DNA of 64,000 nt, from positions 1,472,001 to 1,536,000 of the forward strand of contig OY760686.1 of NCBI GenBank assembly GCA_963663865.1. Reading direction: 5' to 3'. Shown piece after piece: positions 29,822 through 38,711 of the stretch. The notes under the pieces were generated by a model. The model was not told the DNA's origin, did no database searches, and saw only the letters and a list, made by a program, of their open reading frames with translations. This DNA is from Spirochaetota bacterium. GTDB taxonomy: Bacteria; Spirochaetota; UBA4802; UBA5550. Positions within the stretch are counted from its first letter, which is position 1; each line of letters begins with the position of its first letter. Position numbers and translations under genes: made by a program.

Positions 29822-30479
29822 AGTCGCCGCTTTCCATGCCCTGAATGAATTCTTCAGTTGTTTGGATGTTTCCGCCGCATACGCCTCGAGAGCTGTAGAG
29901 TGATGCGATGTGGCTTTCATGCGAGTAGTCCGCCTGGGCGTCCTCTATGTGGATTATTCTGTATCCCCTGTCTGACGCGTCCCTTGCGGTTGTTTCGACA
30001 CATTGGCTTGTTGCGAGTCCGGTAAATGCGAGACAGGAGGGCGAGAGCTTGGTCAGAAGCTGTTGAAGTTTTGGATTGGTAAAGCCGCTGTATGCCTGCT
30101 TAACGATAGTCTCGGCTTTATCGTATGGTGTAAAAATATTCAGCTCAGGAATCAAGTCTGACATGGGATCTCCAATAAGAGGATAGATGTTTACTATGCC
30201 CTGGCTCCGCGCTCTTTCCCAGGCTTCTCTGAACGAGTAATGCAGGTCGCTTCTGTCTTCCATCTTGCCGGCAATTTTTAGAAAAATTACATTCAGCCTG
30301 TTGTCAGTGTAATACTTTAATACTTTTGCTATATTGGGAATTACGGTTCTTCTGCATCTCTCTGAAATATACTGCATACATCCCGCCTGAAGGCTGTCAA
30401 AAAAACGGCAGTAGTCTGAATCGCTCTCAAGATAATATCTCTGCATATCAGTTATTACCAGGACGGTTTTATCTCTCAT
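29814..30479 (-). CDS. Isochorismatase-family cysteine hydrolase
   Basis: VITDMQ, K..YSGF, GLATSQCVETTARDA (Asp-Lys-Cys triad). Start placed at ATG 30479 after GGAG. Confidence 0.9.
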   Translation of the reverse strand: MRDKTVLVITDMQRYYLESDSDYCRFFDSLQAGCMQYISERCRRTVIPNIAKVLKYYTDNRLNVIFLKIAGKMEDRSDLHYSFREAWERARSQGIVNIYPLIGDPMSDLIPELNIFTPYDKAETIVKQAYSGFTNPKLQQLLTKLSPSCLAFTGLATSQCVETTARDASDRGYRIIHIEDAQADYSHESHIASLYSSRGVCGGNIQTTEEFIQGMESGDFT

Positions 30480-30657
30480 TGGGACTCCAATAAAGCAGTA
30501 TCGAAAAAACAAACGCCATGACATAGGAGCAGCTGGTTATTTTTTTTAATTATATTCCAATATGGTCAACAAAGTGCAAATCTTTTTTAGCCCGCAGCTT
30601 GACATTGCTGTCTATAATTTATTAATTTAAGTTTAATAATCGTTGCGGGGGTTTGAT

Positions 30658-31002
30658 ATGAGGAGAATGGAGCAGGAGATATCTTTCGTGGAGAGGCGTG
30701 AAGAGATAAATCTCTGCAACCCTTTCTATGGGGATGGTGTTTCCAATGAGCTGAAGGAAATCGATAAACATGAGATACTTGTTAAAATATGCAGCATCCT
30801 CGGCGCATCTCCGGAAAATTTCTCCGTGGCTGAAAATATATTTAATGATATCAGATTTGAAATAGCCAGATATGTTCTTCATCATGAGTATTGCAGGAGC
30901 AACACAATACGTTCAAAGCTTCTTCTATGGCTCGATTCTAAAATCAGCCCTGATAACGCGGCCATACTGGAAAAGTTCTGCGAACAGTATCTTAAAAGAT
31001 GA
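30658..31002 (+). CDS. Hypothetical protein coupled to queH
   Basis: ORF whose TGA overlaps the queH ATG; exact start uncertain (30643, 30658 or 30667). Confidence 0.6.
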   Translation: MRRMEQEISFVERREEINLCNPFYGDGVSNELKEIDKHEILVKICSILGASPENFSVAENIFNDIRFEIARYVLHHEYCRSNTIRSKLLLWLDSKISPDNAAILEKFCEQYLKR

Positions 31003-31625
31003 GAAGTATTCTGCTTCATGTCTGCTGCGCGCCCTGTTTTTCGCACGTGAACGAGGTCTTGTCCCGGGAGTGGGAAGTTGTTCCTTTTTTCTACAATCCT
31101 AATATTTCGCCTGCCAGTGAATATTACAAAAGGCTTGATGAACTCGAAAAATATACACGGAAATATGGTTTTGGGCTTAAGGCAGGCAAATACAATATCA
31201 GGCAATGGGTTTCAGCTGTTTCTGAATACAGATATATGGGCGAGCGTTCAATCAGGTGCGTGGAGTGCATCAAGTTCCGGCTTGAAGAAGTCTTCAGAAA
31301 TGCCGTCAGCATGGGGATTGGTGCTGTATGTACTACCCTCACGGTCAGTCCTCACAAAGACGCGGCTGCGATAAACCTGGCCGGGAGTGAGCTTGCGGCC
31401 AGATATAATGTTGAGTTTGTGACATCCGATTTTAAAAAGAATAACGGCTATAAAAGGTCTGTAGAAATATCCAGAGAAGAGGGGTTCTACAGGCAAAGCT
31501 ACTGCGGATGCGTTTATTCAATGCTTGAAAGAGACAGGGAAAGCGGTTTTGCGAGAAAGGGCAGTCTGTTCAGGAGCCGGCTGGAGAACAGCCCGCAGAA
31601 GATCGGTGATAGTAGTCATTCATAA
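30999..31625 (+). CDS. queH: Epoxyqueuosine reductase QueH
   Basis: LLHVCCAPC, FYNPNI, RCVEC, TTLTVSPHK, YRQSYCGCVYS. Confidence 0.93.
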   Translation: MRSILLHVCCAPCFSHVNEVLSREWEVVPFFYNPNISPASEYYKRLDELEKYTRKYGFGLKAGKYNIRQWVSAVSEYRYMGERSIRCVECIKFRLEEVFRNAVSMGIGAVCTTLTVSPHKDAAAINLAGSELAARYNVEFVTSDFKKNNGYKRSVEISREEGFYRQSYCGCVYSMLERDRESGFARKGSLFRSRLENSPQKIGDSSHS

Positions 31626-31848
31626 GCATTTCGATGAAATCGTGTGATAAGTCATCCGGCTCAGAATTCAGCTTGCCGACAACAAACCTGGTGGAAGGGG
31701 TTTCGCTCTCACAGGAGTACTTGCTTGCAGTATAGCCTCTGTCGCGCCATTTGAAGATTACAGTCTTGTCTTCCTGAAAGGAGTCGATTATTTTAAGCTT
31801 ATCGTCTTCCGGCAGAGAACAACAGAGCACTTCAATTATTTCTTCCAT
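31570..31848 (-). CDS. Small hypothetical protein
   Basis: 92-aa ORF with an AT-rich upstream region; its 3' end overlaps queH by 56 nt. Confidence 0.45.
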   Translation of the reverse strand: MEEIIEVLCCSLPEDDKLKIIDSFQEDKTVIFKWRDRGYTASKYSCESETPSTRFVVGKLNSEPDDLSHDFIEMLMNDYYHRSSAGCSPAGS

Positions 31849-32115
31849 TAGATTCCCGTACCAACAGATATTTTAATGAGACATAACTTTTAATAAATAA
31901 ATTGTAATCTTATAGCCTTTCTCTAAAGATATAGTCAAGAATAAAAATTAAAATTTATAAAATATACACCATTTTTTTTATTTCTGTATCTACAGATTAT
32001 TGTGTTATTTTCTCTGTTTGCCTTTAATATTCTGTAAGTTTTTTCAGCCGAATTTAGTTCTCCCGCAGAGGTTGTTCATTATCAGAAAAACTGTGTTTGT
32101 TTAACTTCAACAGAC

Positions 32116-33492
32116 ATGAAACGTTTATTCTGTATGGATAATCTTGATATCTGGCAGAGGGCCGCGTCATCAACAGGCTCAAGATACAGTCTTGTGCTCG
32201 CCGGGGCAGGAGCGGGGAAAACAAGCACCCTCATCGCGCGGGTAATCATGCTGATAAACAGCGGGGTTGAGCCCGGCCGAATTCTCATTGTAACATTCAG
32301 CAGGAAGGCATGCACCGAACTTCGGGAGCGGTTATCAACGCGATTGAAAACCGGCAGCGAATCTGTGTTCATTTCAACGTTCCATGGGCTCGCCCTTGGA
32401 ATTCTGAGAGATTACAGAAACGAGTTCCGTGAGCTCTCGGGGTATAACAGCTTTCCTGATGTAATGAGCGGAGCAGAAAAAGAAGCTTTGATGCACAAAT
32501 TATTCCGTGAGAACATGAAAGCCTGGAAAGGCATGCCTTATGATATTGCGTCAAAGGCCGTTTGCGGAATGCTCAGCAAAAGAACGGTGTCAAGAGAAGA
32601 AATGGCAAAAAGCGGGATGTCAGCCGTGATTGAGCGCTTTCAGCAGCGGTTTCGACTGCTAAAGAGGGAGAGCTCGCTTATTGACTACGATGATATTATC
32701 TTTTTCGCGAACAGCCTTCTGAGCCAAAACGCCCGAGTGCGTGAGCAGGTGCAGAGTAAGTTCAGCTATGTGCTGGTTGATGAGTTTCAGGATACGTCTC
32801 CTGATAATTACGAGCTGATCCGCAATATCATAAACGGGAACAGAGACTGCGGGCTTTTTTTAATAGGCGACGATTGGCAGTCAATTTACGGTTTCAGGAA
32901 GGCTGAGGTCGACTATATCGTTAATCCGTGGAAATACTTTCCGGGGATCAGCATCTACAGACTCGAGCGAAATTACAGGTCTCATAGAGAGATAGTCGAG
33001 ATTTCAAGCAGGCTTATCCGTAAAAACAGGTACAGGACCAGGAAGAAAGCCGTGTCAATTCCGGGTCCTGGCGGTCTGGTTCGAATCTATATTGTCTCAG
33101 GGCCGGCGGATGAGTCTGTATGTGTTTCAAAACTTATCGAAGGTGTTCCCGACAATGAAACACTTCTTGTTGAATATAGAAATAACCGTTACGGCAAAGA
33201 GATAAGAGACAGGGTCGGAGAGGCCGCTGAGAAAAAGAATGTTTTTTTCATGACGATGCACTCTTCCAAGGGGCTTGAATTCGACAATGTCGTAATAGCC
33301 GGATTGGCTGATGGAATACTGCCCGACCGCTCATCCGGTGTCGAAGAGGAAAGGAGGCTTCTCTATGTGGCAATGACCAGGGCAAAGAAAAGGCTGATAA
33401 TACTCGCTACACCTGGGGCCGACGGACAGCTTCCGCTTTTCTGCAGTGGGCTTGGGATCAGGGCAGTGAAGTGGGATGAAAGTTGTTTGTGA
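32116..33492 (+). CDS. Compact UvrD/Rep/PcrA-family (SF1A) helicase
   Basis: AGAGAGKT, TFSRKA, STFH, VDEFQD, GDDWQSIYGFR, NYRS, TMHSSKGLEF, EERRLLYVAMTRAK. Confidence 0.93.
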   Translation: MKRLFCMDNLDIWQRAASSTGSRYSLVLAGAGAGKTSTLIARVIMLINSGVEPGRILIVTFSRKACTELRERLSTRLKTGSESVFISTFHGLALGILRDYRNEFRELSGYNSFPDVMSGAEKEALMHKLFRENMKAWKGMPYDIASKAVCGMLSKRTVSREEMAKSGMSAVIERFQQRFRLLKRESSLIDYDDIIFFANSLLSQNARVREQVQSKFSYVLVDEFQDTSPDNYELIRNIINGNRDCGLFLIGDDWQSIYGFRKAEVDYIVNPWKYFPGISIYRLERNYRSHREIVEISSRLIRKNRYRTRKKAVSIPGPGGLVRIYIVSGPADESVCVSKLIEGVPDNETLLVEYRNNRYGKEIRDRVGEAAEKKNVFFMTMHSSKGLEFDNVVIAGLADGILPDRSSGVEEERRLLYVAMTRAKKRLIILATPGADGQLPLFCSGLGIRAVKWDESCL

Positions 33493-33637
33493 GATATAGC
33501 TGCGGGATAGTTTATTTATCCTGAGAATAAAAAATTTATGTCATTAATTGTCATAAATACACACATACAATGTGAGATGCGCAGAGAGTAAATGAGATTC
33601 TTTGAAAACATGTATCGTTTATCAAAATAAATATATA

Positions 33638-33668
33638 TTGACATGGCATTTGTGATGATATATATATT
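33638..33668 (+). promoter_or_regulatory. Putative sigma70 promoter of the peptidase locus
   Basis: TTGACA (33638-33643) followed 17-19 nt later by TATATATT. RBS GGAGGG at 33691 precedes ATG 33701. Confidence 0.45.
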
Positions 33669-33714
33669 GCTGGTGAAATCAAAATAAATCGGAGGGAGTA
33701 ATGGATCGTAATTT

Positions 33715-33734
33715 TCACGGACTCACGGACTCAC
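33715..33734 (+). repeat. 8-bp tandem repeat (TCACGGAC x2 + TCAC) in the 5' end of the M4 peptidase gene
   Basis: Read directly: TCACGGAC TCACGGAC TCAC. Confidence 0.85.
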
Positions 33735-33770
33735 ATTCGCCGTGCCTTATTTAAAATTGCAATAGTAATT

Positions 33771-35720
33771 ATGTTGCTTCCCGCGTTTTTATCCTGCGAC
33801 TCGGAGAATATGAACTCTCAGGAGAACAGTTCAACAAAACAACCATCCATGACAAGACTGAGCCTTATCAACGGGCAGTCAATATCCAAAAAAATCGGCG
33901 TAAAGAGAAAGGGCCTTCTTATCAATACAGATCAGACCATAGATGATAACATAGTTGATACCCTCATGAAGGCGAGAAACACTGAAGCGGTTGTAGAAAG
34001 AAATAAAACGGACATATACGGGTATTCACATCACAGGTTTAAACAGCGCTATGAGGGGATTGAGGTCATAGATGCCGAGTTTATTGTACACCGTGACAGG
34101 GATGGCGAAATTCTCTACGTTAACGGCAGGGTCTTCAATCCGGAGGGTATGTCAGTAGAGGCTGAGATAGAATCAGATGAAGCGGCAGAGCTTGTAGAAG
34201 ATGAGTACGGTGAAGACGAAGACTTTGAGCTTCTTTCAAAGCCGGAGCTCGTGATTAAGGATTCATCGCTTCAGTATCGTGTTTATTATTCAAAAAATAG
34301 TGAAGAAACATCAGTAGAAAATTATATCTGCTATATTGATGCATTAACAGGAAAGATCAATAAGGTTAATAAGCTGAGCCCTGAATTCTCATACGAAGCA
34401 TCAGAGATAACAACTATTTCAGGACAAAGGCTGTCTGGAGAACGGACCAGTGACGATGAAACAGTCAGTTTCAATGCCACTTTGAAATATCAATATGAAT
34501 ATTATGAAGAATCTGGTGGTTATGATTACTATTATTACATTTACCCTGATACATACAAGTATTGGTTGAAGGATGACAGGACTACCACCGCTGGAGGTGC
34601 AAGGTATAAGCAGTGGTATGTGCAAAAAATACATAAATATCTAGGAAAATACAGCTATACTTCTTTTGTTACTAGTACTATATATTCAGCAACAAATTTC
34701 AATTATATTGATGAAAATAGTACAAACAATATAAGGACAATAATAAGTAATACAGGCACCTTCAATAATTCAGAAATATCGGCTGCAAAAAATATTTCAT
34801 TGATTCAATCATACAACTACAATATACTCGGAAGACTGGGGATTGATGACGGACAGAGTCCGAATTATATCATCAATGGAACATGTTATCCACTTCCCGC
34901 ATGCATTTATGTAGATGATGATCATTATGATGCCACAAATTGTGGATATACACCAAAAGACTTTAGTGCGACTGTCAGAGCATATTCATATCCACGAGGG
35001 TCATTTTATTTTGGCTCTGGCGATGGGAAGACTCGTGGTTCACTATGTATTCTAGATTTGATGGCGCATGAATATGGTCATGCAATCTCGGATTGGGAAT
35101 CAGGTATTCATACGTCAGACAAATTAAGCGAAGAAGCTGCTCTGGCCGAATCATACTCAGATATATTTGGGACAATAGTAGAGTTTTACTATCAGCCTGA
35201 CGGACGCCAGTATTACGGAACGACCATTGGTGAATACACAAATCACCGTCCTGGCTATGCTGACTGGTATATCGGGGAGGATACATGTATATATTCTGAA
35301 TCTCCTGTGGCATTCAGGGATATGAGAAATCCATGTTCTATAACAAGTAAATCAGGTTATACTGGTTCTAAATATTATAACGGAATCAATTGGAACTCTT
35401 CTAACGAGTGTCATGCCAGAGCAGGTGTTCAGAACTTCGCCTTCTACCTTCTCAGCGATGGCGGCAGCGGCATAAAGGAAGACTGTCCGGGCGGCAAGGC
35501 GTACAATGTGACCGGAATTGGGGTCCAGAATGCCGGCGCGATCGCGATGTACTCAAACTGTAACCTCCTGACCTCCAACGCTGATTTCCAGGAGTCAGCA
35601 GATGCGTGGTACTTGGCTGCATTCCTGATGGGATATACTGGGCAAATGGCCTTTTATACTTCCAATGTTCAGGCTGCATGGTCAGCGGTTGGTATTACAA
35701 CAATCAATATTATGTATTAG
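33771..35720 (+). CDS. M4 (thermolysin-family) zinc metallopeptidase lipoprotein; the likely true start (ATG 33701) is out of frame
   Basis: Lipobox AFLSC, FTP/PepSY-like propeptide (HHRFKQRYEGIEV, YIDALTGKI), FGSGDG, AHEYGHA (HExxH), LAESYSDIFG, DWYIGED, FRDMRNP, CHARAG and AAWSAVG. Confidence 0.9.
   Translation: MLLPAFLSCDSENMNSQENSSTKQPSMTRLSLINGQSISKKIGVKRKGLLINTDQTIDDNIVDTLMKARNTEAVVERNKTDIYGYSHHRFKQRYEGIEVIDAEFIVHRDRDGEILYVNGRVFNPEGMSVEAEIESDEAAELVEDEYGEDEDFELLSKPELVIKDSSLQYRVYYSKNSEETSVENYICYIDALTGKINKVNKLSPEFSYEASEITTISGQRLSGERTSDDETVSFNATLKYQYEYYEESGGYDYYYYIYPDTYKYWLKDDRTTTAGGARYKQWYVQKIHKYLGKYSYTSFVTSTIYSATNFNYIDENSTNNIRTIISNTGTFNNSEISAAKNISLIQSYNYNILGRLGIDDGQSPNYIINGTCYPLPACIYVDDDHYDATNCGYTPKDFSATVRAYSYPRGSFYFGSGDGKTRGSLCILDLMAHEYGHAISDWESGIHTSDKLSEEAALAESYSDIFGTIVEFYYQPDGRQYYGTTIGEYTNHRPGYADWYIGEDTCIYSESPVAFRDMRNPCSITSKSGYTGSKYYNGINWNSSNECHARAGVQNFAFYLLSDGGSGIKEDCPGGKAYNVTGIGVQNAGAIAMYSNCNLLTSNADFQESADAWYLAAFLMGYTGQMAFYTSNVQAAWSAVGITTINIMY
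35426..35610 (+). repeat. Direct repeat A, copy 1 (peptidase 3' region; copy 2 at 37103-37287)
   Basis: About 185 bp, co-linear with 37103-37287; differences are mostly synonymous. Confidence 0.9.
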
Positions 35721-35740
35721 ATTACGAAGCGAGGTAAAAA

Positions 35741-36808
35741 ATGAGAAAAATAACCTTAATACTGTTAGCACTGTTTTCCATTCTCTCATGCGATTCAGAT
35801 TCAGATAACACTCCGTCAGGAAGCGGGCCGGGACAGGTTGAGCCTCTTGAGGGAGTGTTTGTTCTTGGTTCTGTAGGGGATGCTGCTGATGGATACTGGC
35901 ATGACGGATTGTGGCACGGTTGTAATGTTCCAGATGGAACAGAATATTATTTTTCAACATCTATTTGTGTTAGTGAGGATGATGTTTATGTGTCAGGCTT
36001 GGGTTCAACATCTGGGTCGGAAGTTGTAGGATATTATCAAAATAATGAATGGATTTATTTTGAAAATACATATGGTTCACAGTATATCAAAGCAATTGTT
36101 GTAATTGATGATTCTGTGTACTGTGCGGGAATATCCTCATCGGCTGCTTGTTACTGGGAAAACGGTGAAATAAAATATCTCAAAGATATTTTCGGAGATG
36201 AGAAAGGGACTGGTTGTGCAAACTGCATAGTTGTAAATAATTATGATATTTATGTTGCAGGTACTATTTCGTCCGCTCCAGTATATTGGAAAAATGATGT
36301 GCCAGAACAATTGTTTGTAAATGACGTGGATATAGATTATGGTGGCATAAATACAGTCATCTTTCATGATGATGAAATGTATGCTGCAGGTTGGGTTCGT
36401 GATACAGACAATAAATACCATACGGGATATTGGATAAATGGTACCTGGGTAAGTCTTAATAATCCTTTTTATGATTCATCGCAAATCAGTATTACTGATA
36501 TTGTTTTTGTAAATAATGATGTTTATGTGTTAGCATATGCATTAGATATTTCTGAATCATATACTGAATTTACATCCGGTTACTGGAAGAATGGCGTATG
36601 GACTACGCTTGAGGCACAAAACGGTACAGTAAAGGCTGTGGCTATGGTCGAACATGATGGCGATATCTATATAGCTGGCACCTGTTATGAAAATTTCGGT
36701 TTTAATGGTTTTTCCGCTTCTTACGCCGGCTATTGGAAGAACGGCGAGTGGCACCCTCTTGGCGAAGAAGGTGTTAAAACACAGGCATTTGACATTGTCG
36801 TGAAGTAA
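35741..36808 (+). CDS. Lipoprotein with seven YWxNG-type repeats (probable beta-propeller), copy 1
   Basis: Lipobox ILSC. Repeats GYWHDG, GYYQNN, CYWENG, VYWKND, GYWING, GYWKNG, GYWKNG, most preceded by DVY/DIY-type strands. RBS GAGG. Confidence 0.85.
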   Translation: MRKITLILLALFSILSCDSDSDNTPSGSGPGQVEPLEGVFVLGSVGDAADGYWHDGLWHGCNVPDGTEYYFSTSICVSEDDVYVSGLGSTSGSEVVGYYQNNEWIYFENTYGSQYIKAIVVIDDSVYCAGISSSAACYWENGEIKYLKDIFGDEKGTGCANCIVVNNYDIYVAGTISSAPVYWKNDVPEQLFVNDVDIDYGGINTVIFHDDEMYAAGWVRDTDNKYHTGYWINGTWVSLNNPFYDSSQISITDIVFVNNDVYVLAYALDISESYTEFTSGYWKNGVWTTLEAQNGTVKAVAMVEHDGDIYIAGTCYENFGFNGFSASYAGYWKNGEWHPLGEEGVKTQAFDIVVK

Positions 36809-36817
36809 TTTCTGCAA
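36713..36817 (+). repeat. Direct repeat B, copy 1 (lipoprotein 3' end; copy 2 at 38419-38523)
   Basis: 105 bp near-identical, encoding SASYAGYWKNGEWHPLGEEGVKTQAFDIVVK* plus TTTCTGCAA. Confidence 0.9.
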
Positions 36818-36852
36818 AGAGGCCGGCAGTGAAAGGGCCGGCCTCTTTGTTT
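36816..36852 (+). terminator. Rho-independent terminator after lipoprotein copy 1
   Basis: AAAGAGGCCGGC / GCCGGCCTCTTT stem followed by GTTT. Confidence 0.75.
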
Positions 36853-37091
36853 CCCAAAACAGTTGATCAGAAATCAGGGGCTTTTTAAGATTGATGAACT
36901 TCAATTGATTTTCATATCCAGCTGGAAACTATTTTTTTCAATTGAGTTTTACTCTACATAAAGGACTGGCAACTTATTTTAATCCAACAAGAATCAAAGA
37001 TGTCGTATTTTCGATACAATAGACGAAAAGTATGTCATTTTTCCTCTCTTAAATACTCATAGTAAATAATGATACCCCTTGCAGCAGCTCT

Positions 37092-37394
37092 GCCCGGGTC
37101 AGTGTCCAGAACTTCGCCTTCTATCTTCTCAGCGATGGCGGCAGTGGCATAAACGAAGACTGCCCGGGCGGGAAAGCGTACAATGTAACAGGATTTGGGG
37201 TCCAGAATGCCGGCGCGATAGCCATGTACGCAAACTGTAACCTGCTGACCTCCAACGCTGATTTTCAGGAGTCGGCAGACGCGTGGTTGCTTGCGTCATA
37301 TCTCTTTTATCTTGAGGGGATGGACGATTATATGGACAACGTTGTTTCTGCCTGGTGTGCTGTGGGGGTTATTCCCCAGTTAAATGGCCATTAA
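37092..37394 (+). pseudogene. Start-less 3' fragment (about 100 codons) of an M4 peptidase variant
   Basis: Reads ARVSVQNFAFYLLSDGGSGINEDCPGGKAYNVTGFGVQNAGAIAMYANCNLLTSNADFQESADAWLLASYLFYLEGMDDYMDNVVSAWCAVGVIPQLNGH*. There is an in-frame stop at 37050 and no ATG/GTG/TTG between it and the homologous region. Confidence 0.85.
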
Positions 37395-37416
37395 TATGTA
37401 TAGAAGGAGATCTAAT

Positions 37417-38514
37417 ATGAAAATAACAGCTTTAATTATATCAGCTATGTTTATGCTTATATCATGCGATACAGACTCAGAAAATTCTCCGTCTGGACCC
37501 GGGCCGGAACAGGTTGAGCCTCTTGAAGGAGTATTTGTGCTTGGATATCAATATGGAGAAGAAATAAAATATGGATACTGGCATGATGGGTTGTGGAATC
37601 AGCTTCCAGTTTCAGATTCAGGAAAAATTGGCAGAGCTTATTCTTTATGTGTGTATGAAGATTCGATCTATATGGCAGGGTCTGAAAGTTATGATGGTAA
37701 TAACTTCCAATCGGGATACTATGTCAACAATGAATGGGTTCAGATCAATGAGCCAAATGAATATTGGCATATATCAGATATTGAAGTTCACAACAATAAA
37801 ATATATTGTGCAGGCGCATCGGGGTCTACAGCATGTTACTGGATAAACGGTGAGGTAATATTTCCTGCTGATATTGAAGGTGAATCTTATGCCAACGGGA
37901 AGATTAACTCAATAATCGTTGAAAATGATAATGTTATAGCTGTCGGCGATAATCATATTTTCCCAGTTTACTGGTTAAACACAGAGCCTGTACAGCTGTC
38001 TATACCTGGAGAATTAATCAATGGCAGTCTGTGGGTAGTAAGGAAATATAACGATAATATTTATACGGCAGGATGGTGTAGAAACCAGGATGGTGATTAT
38101 CTTACTGGCTATTGGAAGAACGATGAATGGGTTACATTGACTAACCCGTTTTGTGAAGATGCAAGACTTACGATTATCACGGGAATAGAAGTAGTCAATG
38201 ATGATGTCTATGTTTGTGCATATTCTGATGTTATTGAAACTTTAGATTTTCAAGTGAGCTATTCGGAATTCACTTCAGGTTACTGGAAGAATGGAGAATG
38301 GTTTGAACTTGAGACACCGAATGGGACACCAAGGGCGGAAGGAATGGTAGAACGCAATGGTGATATTTACATTGTTGGTACATCCTATGTTGAATTGAAT
38401 CACCTTTATCCATTCTCATCCGCTTCTTACGCCGGCTACTGGAAAAACGGTGAGTGGCACCCTCTTGGCGAGGAAGGAGTTAAAACACAGGCATTTGACA
38501 TTGTCGTGAAGTAA
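37417..38514 (+). CDS. Lipoprotein with seven YWxNG-type repeats (probable beta-propeller), copy 2
   Basis: AAGGAG RBS, ATG 37417, lipobox LISC. Shares GP.QVEPLEGVFVLG and an identical C-terminal 31 aa with copy 1; the core is divergent. Confidence 0.85.
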   Translation: MKITALIISAMFMLISCDTDSENSPSGPGPEQVEPLEGVFVLGYQYGEEIKYGYWHDGLWNQLPVSDSGKIGRAYSLCVYEDSIYMAGSESYDGNNFQSGYYVNNEWVQINEPNEYWHISDIEVHNNKIYCAGASGSTACYWINGEVIFPADIEGESYANGKINSIIVENDNVIAVGDNHIFPVYWLNTEPVQLSIPGELINGSLWVVRKYNDNIYTAGWCRNQDGDYLTGYWKNDEWVTLTNPFCEDARLTIITGIEVVNDDVYVCAYSDVIETLDFQVSYSEFTSGYWKNGEWFELETPNGTPRAEGMVERNGDIYIVGTSYVELNHLYPFSSASYAGYWKNGEWHPLGEEGVKTQAFDIVVK

Positions 38515-38523
38515 TTTCTGCAA

Positions 38524-38557
38524 TGAGGCCGGCCCTTTTCGGGCCGGCCTCAAGTTT
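38524..38557 (+). terminator. Terminator-like hairpin after lipoprotein copy 2
   Basis: Perfect stem TGAGGCCGGCCC / GGGCCGGCCTCA, related to the hairpin at 36816. Confidence 0.7.
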
Positions 38558-38711
38558 ACCTCCACACATTTAAAAATCCGGAAGCTCTGTTTTTGTAATA
38601 AATGCCCGCAATCCACGCTTTTTTACTTTCAATTATCAGGGCATTTGCTTAATATCGCAGTTGTTCCGTTGAGACTCAGCGGTATTATTTCAATAGCAAA
38701 TAAGCTGGAGA

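Noticed and set aside
36853-37091. AT-rich spacer as a small gene or IS remnant
   Set aside because: I found no credible ORF, terminal inverted repeats or transposase-like motifs; at most an unrecognisable remnant.
35426-37287. Repeat pair as a DGR template/variable repeat
   Set aside because: Mismatches are mostly synonymous third-position changes of all types (C/T, C/G, G/A), not adenine-specific, and no reverse transcriptase is in the window.
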